From an uncultured virus (IMG/VR IMGVR_UViG_3300047445_000292) (Duplodnaviria; Heunggongvirae; Uroviricota; Caudoviricetes), in IMG/VR virus record IMGVR_UViG_3300047445_000292: DNA of 64,000 nt, one strand, 5' to 3'. Positions 17,469 to 27,862 of this stretch are shown piece by piece. The notes below the pieces were generated by a model. It did no database searches. It saw only the letters and a program-made list of their open reading frames with translations, and was not told the DNA's origin. Both the position numbers and the translations under genes were made by a program. The first letter of the stretch is position 1, and the number at the start of each line of letters is the position of its first letter.

Positions 17469-17720
17469 ATGAATCCGCATTTCCTTCCTACGACCGGCGA
17501 AAAACTGACTGACGACGAACGCCTTTTGTTCATCCGTCACATCATCGAAAAGCACAACCTCTCCCATGTCGACCTGGCTCGTTTCACTGGGTATGCCCGT
17601 GACAGCGTGTCCGGTTGGCTCACGGAAAAGACCTCGCCACGCTATCGCGCCGTGCCTGTCCGGGCGTTCGACCGCCTGCTCGACCAATTGCAACTGGGCA
17701 AAGTCAAGGGCAGCAAGTAA
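17469..17720 (+). CDS. Small HTH DNA-binding protein, Aca1-like pattern
   Basis: IIEKHNLSHVDLARFTGYARDSVSGWL HTH followed by YRAVP. Confidence 0.75.
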   Translation: MNPHFLPTTGEKLTDDERLLFIRHIIEKHNLSHVDLARFTGYARDSVSGWLTEKTSPRYRAVPVRAFDRLLDQLQLGKVKGSK

Positions 17721-17734
17721 GCGGGGGCGGGGCC

Positions 17735-20560
17735 ATGTATCACTACTATCAGCGCTCGGAACATGACGCTTGGTTTCTGCTCTCCAGCCAGGGGGAAGAG
17801 AACCCGGTGGAGCTGGCCAAGGCGCAGGGCGCAAAGAAACTCACCATCCTCGCGCTGAACCAGATGGTCAACGATGGCACCGAGGCCGAGTTGCCGCGCA
17901 ACCGCGACAAGATCGGTTACCGTGGCCCGCTGTACTTCGACATCGACTGCAAGGACGACCTCGGCCAGGCCATCACCAGCGGGCAGGAACTGGTCGGCAA
18001 GTTGTCCCGCATGGGCGTGCCGAAACACTGCATCGAAATCTTTCTCTCGGGCAGCAAGGGCCTTCACGTCCTGGTCAACGAAAGCCTGTTCGGTGCCCGC
18101 CGCTTCACCCTGCGCTTGCCCGAAATCTACAAGGAAATGGCCCGCGACCTGTTCGTGATCGGCCTCGATTACTCGGTGTACAGCAGCGGCCGGGGCAACA
18201 GTTTCCGCATCGTCAACCTGCAACGCCATGACGGCAAGTACCGGGTGCCGGTGAGCGCCGAGGAACTGGAACAGCTGACAGTGGACGGCTACCGCGAGCT
18301 GGTGAAGGCGCCCCGCGTGGTGGAAGTCGACGACCCGCAGGGGTTGGTGGTGCATGAACTCAAGGCCATGTTTGAAGAGGCCAAGAAGCGCGTCAACGCC
18401 AAGCCGAAGTTGGTGATCATCGCGTCATCCGCCGACATGGAAGCGATCCGCGAGCCGGTCCCGACCTGCATCCAGATGCTGTGCGACAGCGATTCGTTGA
18501 AGGCTGATGCGTCCTACAACCAGGCCGCGACCCAACTGGCCGCCTACATCGTGCGGGCCGGGGTGTCGCAGACGGTGAGCGAAAGCCTCGCCGCCCGGCT
18601 GGCCAGCAGCGCCAAGTCGAGCAAGTACAACACCGCCAAGTTGCGCCGCGATCACATCGAGGCGCAGATCCGCTACGTCGAACACACCTCGACGTTCAGC
18701 TTTGGCTGCAACGCGATCCGCGCCCTGCTCAGCAAGCGCCCGTGCGAAGGCTGCGCGATCGAGGCCGGAGCGAACAAGGGCGGCGATCAGGACGCTGGCC
18801 TGTGCGCCGTGGTGGAACCGGACGGGTATTACATCCGCCTCGGGGACGGCAAGCGGCGCATCAGCAACTTCACCCTGTCGCCGATCGACGTGTTCATTGA
18901 CGTACCGCAGGACGGCACCGCCCCGCGCCGGGTCGGCACCCGCATGGCGGTGATGAAGGACGGCAACGAGCTGTCCAAGATCATTTTCAAAGAGGCGGCG
19001 TTTTCCGGCCGCTCGGCGTTTCTGAAAGAACTGGAAGGCCTCACTGACCTGACGTTTCAGGGGTCCGACTTGGAGATTCAGAAAATCAAACTCGCAATTT
19101 TCCGGGAGGCACAGGACGTGGGAGAAATTTTCCAGGTCTACACCGCCGGGGTTCACATGGACTTCGTCGACGACATCCCGCTGTTCACCTATGTCGAACC
19201 CGACATGTCGGTGAACACGGTCAAGGTGCGCGGCACCCACCAGTTCCTCGGCAACCTGGTCGCCCGCCCGTACTTTGCGCACACCACCATGCCCGAGCGA
19301 GCGGACCAAGACGTGGACAAGACCCTCGACAACCTGTTCAAAATCAACCAGAAACACGAAGTCGGTATGCTGATCGGCTGGAGCATCGCGGCGCATTTCA
19401 AGACGCACCTGATGTACCTCTACAGCCAGTTTCCGGTCCTTTGCCTGTGGGGCAGCGCCGGTTCCGGCAAGTCGAAGACCGCTGGCCTGATCACCTGGCT
19501 GAACGGCACCGACTACATGCTCAAAGACTCCGGGGTCAGCGCGCCATCGACCTCGCCCTACGGCATGCTGGACTACCTGTCGAGCACCACCACGGTTCCG
19601 CGGATCATCGAAGAATTCAACAAGTCCAAGATGACTGCCCATGCCTACAAGGACGTGGGTGAGCGGATCAAGCAGGCCTGGAACGCCGAGTCGACCCTGA
19701 AAGGCCGTCTCGGCCGGAGCAGCTTGGGCCGCACCGGCGCCGAAGCGGTGGCCATCCCGCTGTCCTCGCCGCTGGTGGTGATTTCTGAACAAGAAATTGA
19801 AATCCCGGCGATCCAGGAACGCAGCATTCGTGTCCACCTGACCAAGCAGAAGCGTGGCAAGTGCCGCGAGCCGTTCTTTACAGCCAGCGAGGGACGCAAC
19901 CACCTGCGCCGGCTGGGCAAGGCGATCATGGCCAAGGCACTGACCACCACCCCGGAAGAAATCGAGGCGCTGATGAACAAGGCGTCGGCCCTGTTGCCTC
20001 GGGACATGGACGATCGCCCACGCTACTCGCAGCAGGTGGTGCTGATCGGGCTTTGGCAATTGCAGGCGGTGTGCGAAGAACTGCACCTGTTCCAGTCGCT
20101 GAAAACCTTGGGGCCAATCATTGACACGGTGATCGGCCGCTTCGATGCCCCGGACCAAGGTTATGTGCAGAGCGAAATCGACCTGGTGCTGCAAAAGCTC
20201 GCGATCATCGTGGCCATTTCACGCAGCGTGCAGGAAGCGGGGCAGGGCTACGTGCATCTGGTCGAGGGCCTACACTACTCGGTAACCCCGGAATACTTGA
20301 TCCTCGACCCGGTGCTGGGTCACGCCGCCTACACCCGCTATTGCACCGTCGAGGAACGCACCTCACCCGTGATCAGCAGCGGGGCGCAGTTCACCAAGCT
20401 GATCAACGAAGAACCCTACTTCATCAAGTACGCGCCATACGCCGGGTTGGGCGGGGGCCGAGCGATGCTCTACCTGTCACTCAAAGAAATGCAGGGGAAG
20501 AACATCGACACCAGCCTGCTCGGCTGGGAGGGCGGTTATGAACGCACCGACTTTAGCTGA
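17735..20560 (+). CDS. AEP primase - helicase fusion
   Basis: AEP motifs LYFDID and SGSKGLH; Cys cluster PTC...GC...CEGC; Walker A GSAGSGKS, Walker B IIEE. Confidence 0.85.
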   Translation: MYHYYQRSEHDAWFLLSSQGEENPVELAKAQGAKKLTILALNQMVNDGTEAELPRNRDKIGYRGPLYFDIDCKDDLGQAITSGQELVGKLSRMGVPKHCIEIFLSGSKGLHVLVNESLFGARRFTLRLPEIYKEMARDLFVIGLDYSVYSSGRGNSFRIVNLQRHDGKYRVPVSAEELEQLTVDGYRELVKAPRVVEVDDPQGLVVHELKAMFEEAKKRVNAKPKLVIIASSADMEAIREPVPTCIQMLCDSDSLKADASYNQAATQLAAYIVRAGVSQTVSESLAARLASSAKSSKYNTAKLRRDHIEAQIRYVEHTSTFSFGCNAIRALLSKRPCEGCAIEAGANKGGDQDAGLCAVVEPDGYYIRLGDGKRRISNFTLSPIDVFIDVPQDGTAPRRVGTRMAVMKDGNELSKIIFKEAAFSGRSAFLKELEGLTDLTFQGSDLEIQKIKLAIFREAQDVGEIFQVYTAGVHMDFVDDIPLFTYVEPDMSVNTVKVRGTHQFLGNLVARPYFAHTTMPERADQDVDKTLDNLFKINQKHEVGMLIGWSIAAHFKTHLMYLYSQFPVLCLWGSAGSGKSKTAGLITWLNGTDYMLKDSGVSAPSTSPYGMLDYLSSTTTVPRIIEEFNKSKMTAHAYKDVGERIKQAWNAESTLKGRLGRSSLGRTGAEAVAIPLSSPLVVISEQEIEIPAIQERSIRVHLTKQKRGKCREPFFTASEGRNHLRRLGKAIMAKALTTTPEEIEALMNKASALLPRDMDDRPRYSQQVVLIGLWQLQAVCEELHLFQSLKTLGPIIDTVIGRFDAPDQGYVQSEIDLVLQKLAIIVAISRSVQEAGQGYVHLVEGLHYSVTPEYLILDPVLGHAAYTRYCTVEERTSPVISSGAQFTKLINEEPYFIKYAPYAGLGGGRAMLYLSLKEMQGKNIDTSLLGWEGGYERTDFS

Positions 20561-22070
20561 ATACTTCCAGCGCGCCGGCATCGAGCGGTACCCCTCGTTC
20601 GCGCCGTTCGTACAGCTCAAGCACACCCCGTTCCAGTCGCAGGTGGAAGGTCTGAGCCTGTGCGTGCATTACCAGTGGTTCGGCCTGCTCGATGAAACCG
20701 GTGCCGGCAAGTCGATCCCCGTGGTCGGCGCGGCCCTGCACTACATCGGCATGGGAAATAAGGTCATCGTGCTGACTCTGGCCACCCTGATCTACCAGTT
20801 CGCCGAGTCGGTGATCGAAGAGTTCCAAGGCATCGACAAGTACGTGCGTGTGCATGTGCTCGATGAAGCGCCGACCAAGCGCGCCAAACTGATGGAGCAG
20901 TGGGACAACGAAGGCTGGCCAGAAATGGTGGTCATGAGTTACGAGCTGTTCGCCCACCAGAAGCTGTGCAAGCTGTTCAAGGAAAAGGGCTACGACGTAC
21001 TGATCACCGACGAAAGCCAGAAGTGGAAGTCGCCGGAAAGCACGCTGGCCAAGCGCATCGGCGAGTACGTCGGCGACCCGGCGAACCCGGACACCGCGTT
21101 CTTTCCCATGACCGGCACACCGATGCACACCTACATGACCGACTGCTACACCCTGCTGACCTTCATGAGTCCGGGGGCGTACCTGTCGTTTGATCACTTC
21201 TGCCGCCGGCACTGCCGCTACAAGCTGATCCGTTTGAAGGTGCCGAAAGTCACCAAAAGCGGCAAGCGCATCAGCCGGGTCAAGGAACTGGTGGGCTACC
21301 AGCGTCACGCCGAGCTGTCGGCCAACCTGTATGCCCACTGCCGGCGCGTGCTGAAAAGCCAGATCCCGGAGCTGCGCGACCTGAAAGAGCCGATCATCAC
21401 CGAAGTGCCGGTCAGGCTGAGCCCGGCGCACCGCGAGGTGTACCGCACGCTGACGATCGAACGCTTCATCGACTTCGGCGACGGCACCATTCTGTCTGCC
21501 CTGCAGGAGCAGGAGCTGCGCCAGAAGGTGTTGCAGATCGTGACCTGCCCGGAACTGTTCCTGCCGGAAGGCAAAAAGGTCGACAACCAGGTGCTCGCCA
21601 CCTGCCGCGATCTGGTCGACACGCACACCGCCGATTCCAAGGTGATCCTGTTCGTGAATTTCAAGCAGACCGTGGCGCGCTATGCCGAGTTCTTCGCTGA
21701 CATGAACCCGGCGACCATGAACGGCGATCTATCCTCGACCCAGCGCAAGGCGATGACCGAGAAGTTTTTGCATGACCCAACCTGCCGCCTGCTGGTGGCC
21801 AACCCGCGATCGGCCGGGGCCGGCTTCAACTTCCAAGGGGTCAGCCACACCGTGATCTTTGCCGAACCGACCGGCTCACCGGGCGAGTTCAAGCAGGCCA
21901 TGGACCGCGTGGTGCGGCCGGGCCAGCTGTGGCAGTGCAACATTTACGTGCTCAAGGCGCTGGAAACTCTGGCGCCGAACGCCATCCGTAACATGCTCAG
22001 GCGTGATCAGGACATCGGGCAAGTGACCCTCGATCCTCGCACCCTGCGGCACTTTTACAACGTCGCATAA
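20538..22070 (+). CDS. SNF2-like SF2 helicase
   Basis: DETGAGKS, ITDESQ, MTGTP, AGAGFNFQ, QAMDRVVRPGQ. Confidence 0.9.
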   Translation: MNAPTLAEYFQRAGIERYPSFAPFVQLKHTPFQSQVEGLSLCVHYQWFGLLDETGAGKSIPVVGAALHYIGMGNKVIVLTLATLIYQFAESVIEEFQGIDKYVRVHVLDEAPTKRAKLMEQWDNEGWPEMVVMSYELFAHQKLCKLFKEKGYDVLITDESQKWKSPESTLAKRIGEYVGDPANPDTAFFPMTGTPMHTYMTDCYTLLTFMSPGAYLSFDHFCRRHCRYKLIRLKVPKVTKSGKRISRVKELVGYQRHAELSANLYAHCRRVLKSQIPELRDLKEPIITEVPVRLSPAHREVYRTLTIERFIDFGDGTILSALQEQELRQKVLQIVTCPELFLPEGKKVDNQVLATCRDLVDTHTADSKVILFVNFKQTVARYAEFFADMNPATMNGDLSSTQRKAMTEKFLHDPTCRLLVANPRSAGAGFNFQGVSHTVIFAEPTGSPGEFKQAMDRVVRPGQLWQCNIYVLKALETLAPNAIRNMLRRDQDIGQVTLDPRTLRHFYNVA

Positions 22071-22159
22071 GACGACGAACGAATTCCGGGGAACCGGAAT
22101 AACAAGCGGCGGTACAGCCGCAATTTGAATGACAAGTTAGAAGACCAAGGGGAATCACA

Positions 22160-22939
22160 ATGCCACTCATCAAAGATGGTAGTGCCGTCAGCAAGGACGC
22201 GGTGGAAACCGCAGAAGCGAGCGCCGCACAGAACTCCGAAACCTTGCAGGAAGAGGCCTCCGTGTTGGAGGAACCGGCTGTCCTGGACCCTGAACCGGCG
22301 GCTGATCCGGCGCCTCAATCCACCAGCACCAACGTCGTCACAAGCGCCGAAGGTCACCGCAGTAACGGCAGCCAAATGGCGGCCATGAAGGAAATGGAAG
22401 ACGCTGGCTTCGGTGGCGGCCACATTGACTTCACCAGTTTCACGAACATTGTTTTGAAGGACGGGGAGTTCCAGTTGGTCGGCACCACCAAGTCGTTTTC
22501 CGCGACCGAAGGGTTTACCGGCACCATCCTGCAGGGTCGCGCCAAGTGGGCGATGCGTGTGGGCAATGATGACGAAGCCGATGTGACGTTCGCCTACTCC
22601 AAGGCGGAATTCAACGACGTGGAAACCGAGTGCGGGGCCAAGGTGGCCGAGTGGCGTGCCGAAGGCTTGAAACCTGAGCTGAAAGAGTACGCCGAGCTGT
22701 TTGTCATGGTCGACAAGATCAACGCCGGTGAATGCAAGGAGCTGGAAGGTGACGCCGTGGTTGTCCAGGTGTCGCCAATGTCGATCGGTCGCTGGGCGGG
22801 CTACAAGTTCAAGCAGCAAAGCCGCACCGGCCGCCTCCCTAACGGCTACAAAACCCTGTTCATCCGTGGCGAGAAGGTCACGGCTGCCAAGTTCCCGTTC
22901 TACCCATGGGATTTCAAGTTTGTTGAATTGAACGCCTAA
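22160..22939 (+). CDS. Replication-module protein, possible ssDNA-binding protein
   Basis: Acidic disordered N-terminus plus an aromatic-rich beta domain; lies between helicase and polymerase. Confidence 0.5.
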   Translation: MPLIKDGSAVSKDAVETAEASAAQNSETLQEEASVLEEPAVLDPEPAADPAPQSTSTNVVTSAEGHRSNGSQMAAMKEMEDAGFGGGHIDFTSFTNIVLKDGEFQLVGTTKSFSATEGFTGTILQGRAKWAMRVGNDDEADVTFAYSKAEFNDVETECGAKVAEWRAEGLKPELKEYAELFVMVDKINAGECKELEGDAVVVQVSPMSIGRWAGYKFKQQSRTGRLPNGYKTLFIRGEKVTAAKFPFYPWDFKFVELNA

Positions 22940-23018
22940 GCCTCACGGCTAGCTGTGTTTGCTGGCGGGCGGTTGCCCGCCAGCACTCTCTCTTGTCGTC
23001 CGAGGAATGGGGTGCAAC

Positions 23019-26000
23019 GTGAAACTGAATGGACTTGCTCTGCTCGATGTGCGCGGCTTGCTGCTGCATGCCTACCACCGGGGCACTGACCCCGATGCCA
23101 AACTCAGCCCCCTGACTGACAAGCCGGTGAACTCGGCCGGCTATGGTCTGCGTGGCTTCCTCGATACCTACATCATCCCCCTGCTGTCTGATTTCTCCCC
23201 CCTCAACATCATCGCGGTGTGGGATGGGGGTAACACCTACCGCGAAGGCCTGTTCGCCGACTACAAAGCCAAGCGTCACGCCGAGGAAAAAGACCCGGCG
23301 GTTGAGGCTCAGCTGAAAAAGATGTTCGACATGGCCAAGGCGCTGCTGGCCTATGCCGGCGCGTTCAACGTGCATGTCCAGGGCGTGGAAGCGGACGACG
23401 TGATCGGCGCCTTCTGCCGGCAGTTTCCCGACGTGCTCAAGCTGGTGCACACCGTGGACCGCGACCTGTCGCAGCTCAACGACGACAACACCACGGTGCT
23501 GGTCAAGAACATGCCGGCCGACGACTTCGAAGGCTACGCGACCCGCTGGGTGCGGCTCTACAAGTCCCTGGTGGGGGACAAGACCGACGAATACGGCGGT
23601 GTGCCCCAAGTCGGGCCGAAGGCGTTTGAATACCTGGTCAGCGAATACGGCTGGGACGGCATGGAACAGCTGGAAGCCTGCGTGGCCAGCAACGACTACG
23701 CCTTCCTGCTGCAAGCGGCCGAGGCCACCGGCTGCAAGGTGCTGCGCAAAATCTACGAGAGCCGCAGCACTTGGCGCCTGATGTACACCCTCGCCGGTCT
23801 GCACCCGGAACTGCTGTATGGCACGCAGGGCCGCATGATCATCCGCCCGGAGTGGTACGTGCGCCTACCGGACGCGACCAAGGTGAAGGACCTGCTGACC
23901 ATGGCCGGCGACCCGAGCCTGTTCGAACACTTCGCCCCGCACATGCCGAGCATGACCCTGGTGACGCCAGAGAACTGGCCGCAGGTGCATGCCGCCTACG
24001 TCACGGGCTTGCAGGACACGCCGCTGGCCAGCTTCGACTATGAAACCTATGACAGCCTCGGGCACGACTGGACGCCGGCCCTGCCGGACACCGCCCGCGG
24101 CTACGTCGACGTGCTGTCGCAGCGCTTGACCGGCGGGTCGTTCACCTACGGGTCGAATTTGCAGCACACGTTCTACCTGCCGGTGCTGCACAAGAACACG
24201 GCCAACCTGGATCAGGGCGAGCTGGTCAACGTGCTGCTCGACATCGAGGAAGCCGGCCTGGACTTCGTCGCGCACAACGCCCGGTTTGAAGAACAAGTGA
24301 CCAAGCAGTGCCTGAATTTCCAGCTCGACGGCCCGGTCTGCACGCAGATGCTCGGCAGCTACGTCGACGAGAACCTGGAGCAGGGCTTGAAGGCGCACGC
24401 CCGGCAATGGTTGAAGTACGACCAGGTCGAGTACAAGGACCTGCTGGCCCGGCACGGCGCCCGCGACATGCGCGACCTCACCGGCGAGCAGGTGACCCAT
24501 TACGCCTGTGATGACAGCTTTGTCGCGGCGCGCTTGGCCACCCTGTTCTGGCTGATCCTCAAGCTGGAAAACCAGTGGAAGTTCGCCTACGAAGAGGATC
24601 GCTACACCGTCCACCCGTTCAACCGGAGCTTTGAAACCGGGGTGCGCCTCGGCTTCGACCGCCTGCAGGAGCTGGCCACCACTGACGCCGAGGCGGTCCA
24701 GACCAAGACCGCACGGTTGCACGGCCTGCTGGCCGAGCATTGCAGCCAGATCAGCATCGTCGGCGCCGAGTTCATGAAGAAAGCCGAGGCCGACAACCTG
24801 CTCAAGCTGTACATCCACGACAAGTTGAACCGTTCGCAGGCGCAGGCCAAGGTGGCCGAGGCCTACGAACGCTGGCGGCTGGGCTCGGTGTACACCCCTT
24901 ACCGCGAGACCTTCACCCCGGCCGAGTTCATCGCCACGGAGAAGGGGTTCACCCGCGTGGCCGAGAAGGTCGGGCTGCCGATCGTGATGGAGAGCGTCAG
25001 CGGCAAGGCCATCACCGCCTGGCTGATGTCCAGCCAGCACCACCTGAAACAGCACGGCAGCACCGACCCGCGTGCGCGCCAGCTGGTGGAGCTGGTGCAG
25101 GAAGCCGCCGGGGAAATCCGCAAGCGCGAGGGCGCGGCGTTCGTGACCTTGAAGCGGTTCATCGAAACCGAGGTACTGCACCTGGACGGCGTGCGCGTGA
25201 TCGAGGGCGACGAACTCAACCTCAACAGCCCGAAACAGATGCAGGAACTGCTGTATTGCAAGCTGCAATTGCCCGTGCGCCTGCGCACCTCCCCGCAGAA
25301 GGGCAGCCGCCGTGATGAACTGGGCCTGGAAGGCAACCCCTCGACCAACGAAGACGCGATGCTCGCCGCGATGGCCGAGGACTGCCCGGAAGGCGATTGG
25401 CGCCGCGAGGTGTTGCAGCTGCTGATCGACACCAAAGAGTGCATGACCCGCCAGTCCCTGTATTACAACAAGTACCCGCACTGGCAGCACCCAAGCACCG
25501 GCGTGGTTCACCCTGGCACCCGCAACTGTGGGACGAAGACCCGCCGCCCGGCTGGCTCCAGCCTGAACATCCTCGCGGTGAGCAAAGGCCCGCTGCGCTC
25601 GATCTTTCTGCCGCGCTACAAGGGGAATGTGGTCGTCTCCCTGGACTTTTCCGGGCAGGAACTGCGCCTGGCTGGCAGCGCGGCCCGCGACCCGGTGCTG
25701 ATCGAGGCCTACACCGGTGGCGGCACTTACGTCGACGAAGACGGCATGACCCGCGCACTGTTCAAGGACATCCACAGCGTGACCGGCTGCACCTTCGCCG
25801 CCAACGTGCTGGAGCAGGCGATGGGGCCGGAAATCCTCAAGCGCCTGTCGTTCGATGCGTCCGGCTCGATGGACTATGAACAGTTCGTCAGCCTGCTCAA
25901 GGAAGGCGAGCACGTCTATGAACTGGTCGGCGACCTCGCGCTGCCGCTGGGCAAGGCGATCATCAAGATCCGCAAGATGGCCAAGACCGTGAACTTCCTG

Positions 26001-26585
26001 ATCATCTACGGTGGCCAGGCGTTCAGCATGGGCATGAAACTCGGGGTTCCCGAGCGCTTTGCCCAGCGCATCATGGACGGCGTGTTCGCCGGCTACCCAC
26101 GCCTGGCGCCATGGCAGAAGGAAACCGTCGAGCTGGCCAAGCGGCAGGGCTACATCACCACTGCCTTCGGTACCCGCAAGCATGTCGACCCCAACATTCT
26201 CAGTCGCGACGGCTCGCTGCGGTCGCGGGCTGAGCGTCAAACCGTCAACCATGAGATTCAGGGCTGCGCCGCTGACATCCTGAAAGTGGTGCTGACCTCG
26301 GCCCACCACACCCACCTCTACGAAGAAACCCGCGCCCACCTGATCGCCCCGGTGTACGACGAACTCGTTAACTCGGTGCCGATCGACAACGTCTTCGAAT
26401 TCGCCTCGCGTGCCCAGGACCTGATGAACCTGACGCCACCAGGGCACCCGATCCCGATGCTGGCCGAGGTGTCGATCGGGCGGAACTGGCACGACTCAGG
26501 GAACAACGAGCTGGGCGATCGTCCTTCGCAGCGGAAAATTGAAGGGCTGTTCGACAAATGGATGAAAGAGGGGTGGGCAGCATGA
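23019..26585 (+). CDS. polA: Family A DNA polymerase with 5'-3' and 3'-5' exonuclease domains
   Basis: EADDVI and LVGDKTD (5' nuclease); DYET, HNARF, YACDD (proofreading); DFSGQELR, RKMAKTVNFLIIYG, VYDE (polymerase motifs A/B/C). Start approximate. Confidence 0.92.
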   Translation: MKLNGLALLDVRGLLLHAYHRGTDPDAKLSPLTDKPVNSAGYGLRGFLDTYIIPLLSDFSPLNIIAVWDGGNTYREGLFADYKAKRHAEEKDPAVEAQLKKMFDMAKALLAYAGAFNVHVQGVEADDVIGAFCRQFPDVLKLVHTVDRDLSQLNDDNTTVLVKNMPADDFEGYATRWVRLYKSLVGDKTDEYGGVPQVGPKAFEYLVSEYGWDGMEQLEACVASNDYAFLLQAAEATGCKVLRKIYESRSTWRLMYTLAGLHPELLYGTQGRMIIRPEWYVRLPDATKVKDLLTMAGDPSLFEHFAPHMPSMTLVTPENWPQVHAAYVTGLQDTPLASFDYETYDSLGHDWTPALPDTARGYVDVLSQRLTGGSFTYGSNLQHTFYLPVLHKNTANLDQGELVNVLLDIEEAGLDFVAHNARFEEQVTKQCLNFQLDGPVCTQMLGSYVDENLEQGLKAHARQWLKYDQVEYKDLLARHGARDMRDLTGEQVTHYACDDSFVAARLATLFWLILKLENQWKFAYEEDRYTVHPFNRSFETGVRLGFDRLQELATTDAEAVQTKTARLHGLLAEHCSQISIVGAEFMKKAEADNLLKLYIHDKLNRSQAQAKVAEAYERWRLGSVYTPYRETFTPAEFIATEKGFTRVAEKVGLPIVMESVSGKAITAWLMSSQHHLKQHGSTDPRARQLVELVQEAAGEIRKREGAAFVTLKRFIETEVLHLDGVRVIEGDELNLNSPKQMQELLYCKLQLPVRLRTSPQKGSRRDELGLEGNPSTNEDAMLAAMAEDCPEGDWRREVLQLLIDTKECMTRQSLYYNKYPHWQHPSTGVVHPGTRNCGTKTRRPAGSSLNILAVSKGPLRSIFLPRYKGNVVVSLDFSGQELRLAGSAARDPVLIEAYTGGGTYVDEDGMTRALFKDIHSVTGCTFAANVLEQAMGPEILKRLSFDASGSMDYEQFVSLLKEGEHVYELVGDLALPLGKAIIKIRKMAKTVNFLIIYGGQAFSMGMKLGVPERFAQRIMDGVFAGYPRLAPWQKETVELAKRQGYITTAFGTRKHVDPNILSRDGSLRSRAERQTVNHEIQGCAADILKVVLTSAHHTHLYEETRAHLIAPVYDELVNSVPIDNVFEFASRAQDLMNLTPPGHPIPMLAEVSIGRNWHDSGNNELGDRPSQRKIEGLFDKWMKEGWAA

Positions 26586-27862
26586 TCCAGCTGAACAGTG
26601 ATCAGCGTGGCGGCGTCGACCGCATGCTGGAGTTTGCCGAGAGCAACGAATCGTTCTTCCTGCTCGATGGCCGCGCCGGTACCGGCAAGTCCACCAGCGC
26701 GCAGACCTTCGCCCGCGAGACGGACCAAAGCGTGGTGTTCACCGCGCCGACCAACAAGGCGACCAAGGTGCTCAAGCAGATGTGCGAGGTCGAATTGCAG
26801 GGGCTGGTCCCGTGCCGCACGATCTACTCCCTGCTCGGGTTGCGCATGGACAACAGCGGGGAAGTGCGCAAGGTGCGCGCCGCTGACGCCTTCAATCAGG
26901 CCAGCAACTACCAGGTGGTGGTGGTCGATGAAGGCTCCATGGCGAACTCGGGCCTGATGTTTCACATCGAGCGCACCGCCAAGAACGAAGGCGTCAAGTT
27001 CCTGTTCATGGCCGATGTCACCCAGCTGCCGCCGGTGGGGGAGGAACGGTCAGAGGTGTTCAACATCGAGAACCGCTGGCAGTTGGACAAGGTCGAGCGG
27101 CACGACAACCAGATCCTGACCTTCGCCACACACATGCGCGACTGCATTTTGCATGGTGAGGTGTTGAAACTGTTCAGCGCCAATGATGAACGCGGCGGGG
27201 TCTACCTGCTCGACTACAAGCGTCTGCGGGCCAAGGCGGTCGACGCCTTCAACAGCGACAGCTACCGCGCCGATCCGGGCTCGATCAAGGTGATCGCGTG
27301 GCGTAACGACACCGTGGCCATGTACAACGGGCTGATCCGGGATTCCATGTACGGCGCCAAGCTGGCCGCCGAGGCACCCTTTCAACCGGGCGAACGGGTG
27401 GTGGTGTGCCAGCCAATCATGTCGGTGGACGGCAAAGAGACCCTGATGACCACGGACGAAGAGGGCACGGTGTTCTCGATCGACGTGCAGCTGCACCCGA
27501 TGTACAGCGAGCTGACCTGTTACCGCGTGGAAGTCCGGCCGGAAATGGATGAACACATGCTGGTCACCTGCTGGGTCATCCACCCCAGCTCCGAACGGGC
27601 CTACAAGCGCCTGCTCAACGATCTGTCGGAGCGCGCCAAGACTGGGCAGTACGGCTGGCCAGCTTTCTGGAAAGCCAAGGAAGTGATTCATGACGTGCGC
27701 CCCAGCCACGCCATCACCGCCCACCGTGCGCAGGGCTCGACCTACGAATCCGTGTTCGTCGACTCGGCCGACATCCTGCTCAACCGCAACTACATCGAAA
27801 GCTTGCAGTGCCTGAACGTGGCCTGCACCCGCCCACGTCGCATTCTGGCGATCAGCAAATGA
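26582..27862 (+). CDS. Dda/RecD-like SF1B helicase
   Basis: GRAGTGKS, APTNKA, VVDEGSM, QLPPV, TAHRAQGSTY, ACTRPR. Confidence 0.9.
   Translation: MIQLNSDQRGGVDRMLEFAESNESFFLLDGRAGTGKSTSAQTFARETDQSVVFTAPTNKATKVLKQMCEVELQGLVPCRTIYSLLGLRMDNSGEVRKVRAADAFNQASNYQVVVVDEGSMANSGLMFHIERTAKNEGVKFLFMADVTQLPPVGEERSEVFNIENRWQLDKVERHDNQILTFATHMRDCILHGEVLKLFSANDERGGVYLLDYKRLRAKAVDAFNSDSYRADPGSIKVIAWRNDTVAMYNGLIRDSMYGAKLAAEAPFQPGERVVVCQPIMSVDGKETLMTTDEEGTVFSIDVQLHPMYSELTCYRVEVRPEMDEHMLVTCWVIHPSSERAYKRLLNDLSERAKTGQYGWPAFWKAKEVIHDVRPSHAITAHRAQGSTYESVFVDSADILLNRNYIESLQCLNVACTRPRRILAISK

Noticed and set aside
18425..26492. Long - strand ORFs (589, 357 and 875 aa) opposite the primase, helicase and polymerase
   Set aside because: Same shadow-frame artefact
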